Of a DNA stretch of 59,090 bases, positions 32,213 to 38,786 are shown piece after piece (position 1 is the first letter of the stretch; every line of letters begins with the position of its first letter). The notes under the pieces are model-generated. The model had not been told where the DNA came from. It worked only from the letters and a program-made list of their open reading frames with translations, and ran no database searches. The position numbers and the translations under genes were made by a program. The stretch comes from Candidatus Deferrimicrobiaceae bacterium (GTDB lineage Bacteria; Desulfobacterota; Deferrimicrobia; Deferrimicrobiales; Deferrimicrobiaceae), in the NCBI GenBank assembly GCA_041633075.1, contig JBFKGZ010000002.1, positions 1-59,090 on the forward strand, read 5' to 3'.

Positions 32213-33580
32213 ATGGAGCCGAAGGTAAACATCCTGATTGTAGACGACGAGGAGGTCGTCCGGGAATCCCTGGCGAGCTGGCTGGCGGAAGACGGATACG
32301 AGGTGGGGGTCGCCGAAAACGGGGCCCGGGCGCTGGCGCGTCTTCCCGAGAAGGACTGGAACCTGGCCATGGTCGACCTGAAGATGCCCGGCATGGACGG
32401 GATCGAACTGATGGACGAGATCCGGAAGGTAAAACCCGAAATGATCGTCATCATCATGACCGCCTACGCAACGGTGGACACCGCCGTCCAGGCGATGAAG
32501 AAGGGGGCGTACGACTACATCGTGAAACCGTTCAACCCGGAGGATCTCTCGATGACGATCCGGAAGATCATCGAGCACCAGAAGCTGGTGAAGGAGAACC
32601 TCTATCTCCGGAAGGAACTGAAGAAACAGTACCGGCTCCACGACATGGTGAGCAAGAACCACAAGATGATCGAGATCTTCGAACTCGTCAAAACCGTGGC
32701 GAAGAGCAACTCGATCGTTCTCGTCCAGGGCGAAAGCGGGACGGGGAAGGAGCTTCTGTCCCGCGCCATCCACATGGAGAGCCCCCGGCGGGACGAACCC
32801 TTCGTGACGGTATCGTGCGCCGCCCTCACGGAGACCCTGCTGGAGAGCGAACTGTTCGGGCACGAGAAAGGGGCCTTCACCGGGGCGGACCAGGCAAGAA
32901 GCGGAAAGATCGAGCTCGCCAAGGACGGAACCCTCTTCCTCGATGAAATCGGCGACATCAGCCTCAAACTGCAGATGGACCTGCTGCGGGTCATCGAGCA
33001 GAGAGAGTTCCGGCGCGTCGGGGGAACCCAGCTGATCCCCATCACCTCCCGGATCATCGCCGCCACGAACCGGGACCTGACGAAGGCCATCGAGGAGGAA
33101 AAATTCCGGGAGGACCTCTATTACCGGCTCAACGTCATTTCCGTTCGCATTCCGCCTCTCCGGGATAGGAAGGAGGATATACCGCTGCTCGTAGAACACT
33201 TCCTCGGCCGGTTCAACATCGAGATGGGGAAGAATGTCGACGGGTTGGCCGAGTCCGCCATGCGCCTTCTCATGGACTACGGCTGGCCGGGAAACGCCCG
33301 GGAATTGCGAAACGTGATCGAGCGGGCGATGGTCGTCGCAAAGGGGAGGATGATCCTCGACGCCGACCTGAACCTTCCGCAAGCCTCCGGATCCCCCGGA
33401 GTTAAGGACAGACGCGGCAAATCTCTTTCCGAAGTGGAGAAGGAGCATATCCGCCAGGTACTCGCCGCGAACCGCTGGAACATCGTCCGGTCCGCCCAGG
33501 TTCTCGGGATCGACCGCGTCACCCTCTACAACAAGATCCGGAAATACGAACTGAAGAAGGAACCCGTGTTGAATACGTAA
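32213..33580 (+). CDS. Sigma-54-dependent response regulator (REC - AAA+ - Fis-type HTH)
   Basis: ILIVDDE...DLKMPGMDG, Walker A GESGTGKE, GAFTGA, and a C-terminal HTH. GGAGGG lies 6 nt upstream of the ATG at 32213, which sits inside the archaemetzincin stop region. Confidence 0.95.
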   Translation: MEPKVNILIVDDEEVVRESLASWLAEDGYEVGVAENGARALARLPEKDWNLAMVDLKMPGMDGIELMDEIRKVKPEMIVIIMTAYATVDTAVQAMKKGAYDYIVKPFNPEDLSMTIRKIIEHQKLVKENLYLRKELKKQYRLHDMVSKNHKMIEIFELVKTVAKSNSIVLVQGESGTGKELLSRAIHMESPRRDEPFVTVSCAALTETLLESELFGHEKGAFTGADQARSGKIELAKDGTLFLDEIGDISLKLQMDLLRVIEQREFRRVGGTQLIPITSRIIAATNRDLTKAIEEEKFREDLYYRLNVISVRIPPLRDRKEDIPLLVEHFLGRFNIEMGKNVDGLAESAMRLLMDYGWPGNARELRNVIERAMVVAKGRMILDADLNLPQASGSPGVKDRRGKSLSEVEKEHIRQVLAANRWNIVRSAQVLGIDRVTLYNKIRKYELKKEPVLNT

Positions 33581-33585
33581 ACTGA

Positions 33586-33653
33586 CTGTAGCGTTTTTCA
33601 ACACCGCAACCCATCGAAAAAAAGGAGGTATTTTTTCAACAGGGAAGCTGTAG
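33586..33653 (+). promoter_or_regulatory. Candidate upstream activator sites (mirror-arranged repeats)
   Basis: CTGTAG-cg-TTTTTCAACA (33586-33603) and TTTTTCAACA-gggaag-CTGTAG (33632-33653). The first also reads TGT-N11-ACA. They lie 115-180 bp upstream of the sigma-54 promoter, separated by an A/T tract. Confidence 0.35.
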
Positions 33654-33766
33654 AAACTCTCTCCATATTCCTCCTTTGCCGCCAGACCATCCGCCTCTCC
33701 CCTCTTGCCGAGAAACACCAGATTTTCCAAGGATATATCGCTCTTCCACCCCCCACTCGCGCACGA

Positions 33767-33782
33767 TGGCACGTTCGTTGCC
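33767..33782 (+). promoter_or_regulatory. Sigma-54 (-24/-12) promoter
   Basis: TGGCAC-gttcg-TTGCC, with GG at 33768-33769 and GC at 33780-33781. It lies directly downstream of a sigma-54 activator gene. Confidence 0.8.
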
Positions 33783-33813
33783 TTTTTCGAGGGCAAGAGA
33801 GGAGGTGGAAACC

Positions 33814-33882
33814 ATGGCATACGTTATCTTCGCTTTCATCTACCTCGTCGTATGGGCGTGTGTCGGTCTCCGGACGGCATGA
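33814..33882 (+). CDS. 22-codon hydrophobic mini-ORF (single predicted TM helix)
   Basis: MAYVIFAFIYLVVWACVGLRTA. GGAGGTGG lies 5 nt upstream, about 21 nt after the predicted sigma-54 start site. The stop TGA overlaps an in-frame ATG of the next gene (ATGA at 33879-33882). Confidence 0.45.
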   Translation: MAYVIFAFIYLVVWACVGLRTA

Positions 33883-33914
33883 TGAAGTTTGCCGAGAAAC
33901 AAAGGGGTGCGCCG

Positions 33915-34628
33915 ATGGGAGAGGAAAAATGCCCGTTTCTGGAAATGACGACGGTGACGTTTTGCAAGGCGTTTCCCGTCAAGAAGATGATCCCGGTCGA
34001 CCGATCAACCTCGGTGAAAGGGCTTTGCCACACCGGGAACTACCGTCTCTGCTCCGCCTTCCGGGAGATCGACGGCCACAAAAGCGCCGCGGATACCGTA
34101 CGGGGGTTTTCGCTCCGCCCCGACTACTACTACCATCCCCAGCACCTGTGGGTTTCCCCGGGGAAAGAGGCAGAGGCCGAGACAAGGGTGGGAATCGACG
34201 ATTTTACGCAGCGGCTCGTCGGGAAGATCGACCGCGTTTCCCTCCCCCCGGAAGGATCCCACGTGAGGGAAAACAACGTCTGCTTCCTTCTCCACTCCGG
34301 CGACAGGAGGGCCCGCATGGTGGCGCCGGGGGACGGTATCGTCGGGACGATCAACAGGAAAGTGGTCGACGAGCCGGCAACGATCAACCGCGACCCGTAC
34401 GAAGAGGGGTGGATATTCTCCCTGCACCTTGCCGGGGATTGGATCCCCCGCATGTACCACGGAAGCGTCGCGAAGCAGTGGCTCGAATGGGAGGCGGAGA
34501 GGCTCCACCGGCTGTTCAGCAGCGACCTGGGGATCACTGCGACAGACGGGGGAGAGACTCTCCCGGACATCAGCCGCCGATTGAACGAGGCGCAATGGAG
34601 CAGGATCGTCGCCCTGTTCCTCGGATAG
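33915..34628 (+). CDS. GcvH-fold protein A: N-terminal 4-Cys region + H-protein-like domain + C-terminal extension (no lipoyl Lys)
   Basis: The N-terminal region carries four Cys: CPFLEMTTVTFC...GLCHTGNYRLC. The H-protein-like domain follows (HPQHLW...VGIDDFTQ...APGDG...DPYEEGW), and the lipoyl position is Asp. Alternative start at 33879, coupled to the mini-ORF. Confidence 0.75.
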   Translation: MGEEKCPFLEMTTVTFCKAFPVKKMIPVDRSTSVKGLCHTGNYRLCSAFREIDGHKSAADTVRGFSLRPDYYYHPQHLWVSPGKEAEAETRVGIDDFTQRLVGKIDRVSLPPEGSHVRENNVCFLLHSGDRRARMVAPGDGIVGTINRKVVDEPATINRDPYEEGWIFSLHLAGDWIPRMYHGSVAKQWLEWEAERLHRLFSSDLGITATDGGETLPDISRRLNEAQWSRIVALFLG

Positions 34629-34632
34629 GGAG

Positions 34633-35328
34633 GTGATGAAAATGGTGCTCATTCTCGTACTTTCAACGATCGCCGCCTTCCTCCTCATCGAACTCGCGTA
34701 CCGGATGTGGAGCCGAAGGGCGGAAGAGAAGGCCGGCGAGGCCGTTCCGGCGATGCGGACCGCCCTCCTGCCGGTTGCGTTGCCCGAGTTCCGTCTTCCG
34801 GGAGGATTCTTCTACCACAGCGGGCATACGTGGGCCCACCTCACGCCGTCGGGCGAGGCGCAGATCGGCCTCGACGACTTCGCGCAGGGCGTCCTCGGGA
34901 GAATCGACCGGATCGAGCTCCCGCGGCCCGGCACGGTGCTGCGGCAGGGCGAGAAGGCGTTCTCCGTGGTCCAGGGAAAGAAGAAGATCGACTTCGTCTC
35001 CCCCGTCGACGGGATCGTCAACGCCGCGAACGACGACGTGAACGCGGACACCGGAAAGGTCAAGGTGGACCCGTACCAGGCGTCCTGGCTTCTCACCTTG
35101 ATGCCGACCAATATCACGCAGAACATCAAGAAGCTCAGGATCGCGAGGGATGCGGCGAACTGGCTCGAACGGGAACTCATGGTCTTCCTCGAGTTCATCA
35201 CGCTCCACCAGGCAACGCCGGCGGAAGTGGGGATCACGATGCAGGACGGAGGACACGTGATCGAGGGCGTCATGGAAAAGATCGACGGGGAGCTCCTGCA
35301 GCTCCTGGTGCGCAAGTTCTTCCGGTAG
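34633..35328 (+). CDS. GcvH-fold protein B: N-terminal TM anchor, H-protein-like domain retaining Lys at the lipoyl position
   Basis: TM helix VLILVLSTIAAFLLIELAY followed by RMWSRR (positive-inside, so the domain is cytoplasmic). Contains HSGHTW...IGLDDFAQ...VVQGKKKIDFVSPVDG, with the aligned Lys codon at 34978-34980. Confidence 0.8.
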   Translation: MMKMVLILVLSTIAAFLLIELAYRMWSRRAEEKAGEAVPAMRTALLPVALPEFRLPGGFFYHSGHTWAHLTPSGEAQIGLDDFAQGVLGRIDRIELPRPGTVLRQGEKAFSVVQGKKKIDFVSPVDGIVNAANDDVNADTGKVKVDPYQASWLLTLMPTNITQNIKKLRIARDAANWLERELMVFLEFITLHQATPAEVGITMQDGGHVIEGVMEKIDGELLQLLVRKFFR

Positions 35329-35372
35329 GGGCCCCGGCCGAACGGGGCCCCATAACGACAGGAGGCAAACCG

Positions 35373-36260
35373 ATGAGTGTGAACCGACGGGATTTCCTGA
35401 AACTTGCCGGCCTGACGGGCTGCAGCCTGGTTGCAGGCGCTCCCCGGCGGTCGGAGGCGGCTGTAAAAAGCATCGAGTTCTACGGGTTGCTGATCGATAC
35501 GACGAAATGCATCGGCTGCCGCAGCTGCGAGGAGGCGTGCAACGAGCAGAACGGGTTGCCCGAGCCGGAGGTCTCCTTCTCGAGCGACAGCGTCTTCGAG
35601 AAGAAACGGGACACCTCCCCCGGGGCCTACACCGTCCTCAACCGGTTCCCGAACGAAAAGGACCCCGACAATCCCGTCTTCGTGCGGAAACAGTGCCTGC
35701 ACTGCTGCCAGCCTGCCTGTGCCACGGCATGCCTGACCAAAGCGATGGAGAAAACCGTGGAAGGGCCGGTCATCTACAACAAGGATCGATGCATGGGGTG
35801 CCGGTACTGCATGATCGCCTGCCCCCACGACATCCCGAAGTTCGAGTACGAAAGCGCCTTCCCGTTTATCCGGAAGTGCATCTTCTGCTACGACCGGCTG
35901 AAAACCGGGGAGCGGCCCGCCTGCGTGGAGGCATGCCCCGAGAACGCCACCATCTTCGGGACGAGAAGGGAACTGCTGGAGATCGCGAGAACCCGGATCT
36001 ACGAGAACCCCGACAAGTACGACCACCACGTCTACGGGGAGCACGAGGTAGGGGGCAGCGGAACCATGTACCTCTCCGCCGTTCCGTTCGAGAAGCTGGG
36101 TTTTCGGACCGACCTGGGGACGACGCCCTACCCGGAGCACACGTCGGGCTTCCTGTACGGCGTCCCCCTGATATTCGTTTTGTGGCCGTCCCTTCTCATC
36201 GGCCTCAACTACCTTGCCGAGGACAGAAACAAGGAGAAAACCCATGAAGAGGAAGAGTAA
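35373..36260 (+). CDS. Tat-exported 4x[4Fe-4S] ferredoxin subunit (NrfC/HybA/PsrB-like) with C-terminal TM helix
   Basis: Twin-arginine signal SVNRRDFLKLAG. Four cluster motifs: CIGCRSCEEAC, CLHCCQPACATAC, CMGCRYCMIACP and CIFC...CVEACP. Hydrophobic C-terminus LYGVPLIFVLWPSLLIGL. Confidence 0.9.
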   Translation: MSVNRRDFLKLAGLTGCSLVAGAPRRSEAAVKSIEFYGLLIDTTKCIGCRSCEEACNEQNGLPEPEVSFSSDSVFEKKRDTSPGAYTVLNRFPNEKDPDNPVFVRKQCLHCCQPACATACLTKAMEKTVEGPVIYNKDRCMGCRYCMIACPHDIPKFEYESAFPFIRKCIFCYDRLKTGERPACVEACPENATIFGTRRELLEIARTRIYENPDKYDHHVYGEHEVGGSGTMYLSAVPFEKLGFRTDLGTTPYPEHTSGFLYGVPLIFVLWPSLLIGLNYLAEDRNKEKTHEEEE

Positions 36261-37533
36261 CGACATGGGAAGGGCGCGGAAAGCCCTTCATGGCGTCCGC
36301 GAATTCGCGCGGTTCCTCGCTTCCGAGATGAAGCCGAAGGGGAAGATCTGGACCCCCTTCAACGTCATCACGGGTACGATCATCGTGGTCGGGATCGCCC
36401 TGATCGCGATCCGGTTCTCCAAGGGGCTCGGGGCCGTCACGAACCTCTCCCAGGACTACCCGTGGGGGATCTGGATCGGGTTCGACGTGATCACCGGCGT
36501 GGCGTTCGCCGGGGGGGCCTACGTGCTGACGTTCGTCGTTCACATCATGAAATTCGAGAAGTACGAGCCGATCGTCCGGGTGACGGTCCTGAACGGCTTT
36601 CTCGCGTACGTGTTCTACGCAGGAGCGCTGCTCCTCGACCTGGGGCGTCCCTGGAACGTCGTCAACCCGATCATCGGCAACGCGTTCGGCCTAAGCTCGG
36701 TTCTGTTCCTGGTGGCCTGGCACTTCCTCCTGTACATGATCTGCGAGTTCATCGAGTTCTCCCCGGCCATCGCCGAGTGGCTGAACTGGGAAAAGGCCCG
36801 CCGGGTCGTGGAGAAGATGACGATCGGCGCGGTCATCTTCGGCATCACCCTCTCCACGCTCCACCAGTCCGGGCTGGGGGCCCTCTTCCTTCTGGCGCCC
36901 GCCAAGATCCATCCGCTTTGGTATTCGCACTACATCCCGGTCCTGTTCTTCGTGTCGAGCATCTTCGCGGGCCTGTCGATGGTGATCATCGAGAGCACCT
37001 TCACCCACAAGATCTTCCATCACCGGATCGGAAGCAGACTGCGCGCCTCCCACGACGATATCCTCCTCGGTCTCGCCAAGGGGTGCATCGGCGCGCTGTT
37101 CGCCTACCTGTTCCTGAAGGTCATCGAGCTGGTCCACAGCGGACACTGGGACCTGCTCGCCACGCCGATGGGAACATGGTACCTGGTGGAGGTCCTGGGA
37201 TTCGTGGTGCTCCCGATCTTCCTGTTCGGCGCCGCGATTCAAAGGCGCAGCGTGAAGCTCGTCCAGTTCACGTCGTTCGTCACGGCGGTCGGGGTGGTCC
37301 TCAACCGGCTGAACGTCTCCGTCATCGCGTTCAAGTGGTATGCCCCGGTCCGGTACTACCCCTCCTGGATCGAGATCTGGGTGACGCTGGCCGTCATCAG
37401 CATGGAGCTTTGGGCGTTCCGGTGGGTGGTCAACAGGATGCCGGTCTTCAAGGAACACCCGGCGGCAACGGAATCCAAGGAGGAAATCAGCCCCGTAGGG
37501 GAGGTATTGAGATGGAAGGCTTCCGCTTCGTAG
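36244..37533 (+). CDS. NrfD/HybB/PsrC-like polytopic membrane (quinone-interacting) subunit
   Basis: 429 aa with about 10 hydrophobic helices. The N-terminal pattern ..WTPFN.ITG....G......RF..GLGAVTNLS..YPWG.WIG.DV is typical of the family. AAGGAG lies upstream, and the gene overlaps the FeS gene by 17 nt. Confidence 0.85.
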   Translation: MKRKSNDMGRARKALHGVREFARFLASEMKPKGKIWTPFNVITGTIIVVGIALIAIRFSKGLGAVTNLSQDYPWGIWIGFDVITGVAFAGGAYVLTFVVHIMKFEKYEPIVRVTVLNGFLAYVFYAGALLLDLGRPWNVVNPIIGNAFGLSSVLFLVAWHFLLYMICEFIEFSPAIAEWLNWEKARRVVEKMTIGAVIFGITLSTLHQSGLGALFLLAPAKIHPLWYSHYIPVLFFVSSIFAGLSMVIIESTFTHKIFHHRIGSRLRASHDDILLGLAKGCIGALFAYLFLKVIELVHSGHWDLLATPMGTWYLVEVLGFVVLPIFLFGAAIQRRSVKLVQFTSFVTAVGVVLNRLNVSVIAFKWYAPVRYYPSWIEIWVTLAVISMELWAFRWVVNRMPVFKEHPAATESKEEISPVGEVLRWKASAS

Positions 37534-38237
37534 ACATCTATGCCACGAAAGGCATCGAGTACCTCATCATCATCGGGTTCCTGGCCACGTTCGTGTTCTT
37601 CTGCCGGTACCTGTCGCTCCGGACCAAGGAGCCCGGTCCGGCCAGGGGCTCTGTGGAACACGTCGAGTGGTTCCGGGTCCCCGGAGAATTCCACTTCCAC
37701 CAGGGGCACGGCTGGGTGAAGACCGGGGAGGAGAACGTCGCCCGGGTGGGGATCGACGACTTCGCCCAGAAACTCGTCGGGAGGGTCTACGCCATCGACC
37801 TGCCTCCCGTCGGGTCGCGGCTTTCCCAGGGGGAAAAGGGATGGGTCCTTACCGCGGATTCCCGGACCATCCCCATGCTCTCCCCGATCGACGGCGAGAT
37901 CGTCGCCGTCAACAAGGAGGCCCTGCGGTCCCCGGAAATCGTCAACGAGGACCCGTTCGGAAAGGGCTGGCTGCTCATGGTCCGCCCCGAGAGGCTCGCG
38001 GCGAACCGGACGGGCCTGCTTTCGGGACGGCTCGCAAGACGGTGGATGGAGGAGACCCTCCACGGCCTTCGCCTCACGATGGGGGGGAATCTGGGACCTC
38101 TCTACCAGGACGGCGGATCCACGCTTCCCGTGCATCAGGACGGGGGGTCCCCCGTCCGGGGGATCGCCCGGGCGCTGTACGGAGAAGACTGGGTAAGGAA
38201 GGTTTCGGAGCACTTTCACACGGACGGCATGGCCTGA
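37512..38237 (+). CDS. GcvH-fold protein C: N-terminal TM anchor, H-protein-like domain without lipoyl Lys
   Basis: TM helix GIEYLIIIGFLATFVFFC followed by RYLSLRTK. Contains HQGHGW...VGIDDFAQ...SPIDGEIVAVN...DPFGKGW, and the lipoyl position is Ser. GGAGG lies upstream, and the gene overlaps the NrfD-like gene by 22 nt. Confidence 0.8.
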   Translation: MEGFRFVDIYATKGIEYLIIIGFLATFVFFCRYLSLRTKEPGPARGSVEHVEWFRVPGEFHFHQGHGWVKTGEENVARVGIDDFAQKLVGRVYAIDLPPVGSRLSQGEKGWVLTADSRTIPMLSPIDGEIVAVNKEALRSPEIVNEDPFGKGWLLMVRPERLAANRTGLLSGRLARRWMEETLHGLRLTMGGNLGPLYQDGGSTLPVHQDGGSPVRGIARALYGEDWVRKVSEHFHTDGMA

Positions 38238-38318
38238 TGCCTTAGCACGGAACGTTATTCCGGGGTCGCCACGGATCACCCCCTTGATCGATCATCCTTG
38301 CCGGGGCGGCCCCTTCCT

Positions 38319-38630
38319 CTACTTCTCCCACGTCCTGGCGGATGGCCACTGCGATACGTGTTCCCGGTCCTGTTCCGTCTTATCGAAGATCAGGCGAAGT
38401 CCCTCATGGGCCGGGTGGCGGATGTCGAGAGTGTAATACCGGTACTTCCCATGGGCCTGACCGCGGATGATCCCCATTTCCTCCAGTTTTTTCAACTCCC
38501 GGTGAACGCATTTCATATCGGTTCCCGTATGTCGGGAAATCAACCTTGGGTTCAATGGTTCTTCCGGGTAACGGAAAAAAAGAGCGAGTGTTCTGCACGA
38601 GGTTCGGGATGAGAATAGTCTCTCGACCAT
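38319..38630 (-). CDS. Small winged-helix (ArsR/MarR-like) DNA-binding protein
   Basis: 103 aa from MVERLFSS. Contains ...ISRHTGTDMKCVHRELKKLEEMGIIRG....KYRYYTL. It lies in a lower-GC patch. Confidence 0.6.
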   Translation of the reverse strand: MVERLFSSRTSCRTLALFFRYPEEPLNPRLISRHTGTDMKCVHRELKKLEEMGIIRGQAHGKYRYYTLDIRHPAHEGLRLIFDKTEQDREHVSQWPSARTWEK

Positions 38631-38713
38631 GACAATCGATCTTCCCCACACGCATTTGCATGTTGGACGAGATAGAAACCATGCAAAAGAGGGGCCTGCC
38701 GTGAATGACAAGA

Positions 38714-38786
38714 GAATACAGGGGGTGTCTACTGAAAAATTGATGGCATTTTGCCATCAATTTTCGGGAAATACCCCCCTGTATTC
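38714..38786. repeat. Nested palindrome / bidirectional terminator-like hairpin
   Basis: Outer arms GAATACAGGGGG (38714-38725) and CCCCCTGTATTC (38775-38786). The inner perfect 12-bp stem AAAATTGATGGC / GCCATCAATTTT spans 38736-38764. A-run and T-run flank it, and the outer arm covers the NHL gene stop. Confidence 0.7.

Noticed and set aside
27211-33820. Three long minus-strand ORFs (27211-29478, 30198-32084, 32153-33820)
   Set aside because: They are antisense to ileS/lspA, the histidine kinase, and the sigma-54 regulator respectively. All are Arg/Gly/Pro/Asp-rich with no family resemblance.
33812-33830. Second TGGCAT-N5 motif that looks like a -24 element
   Set aside because: The -12 position reads ATCT, not TTGC. 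It also lies inside the mini-ORF. It is not a credible sigma-54 promoter.
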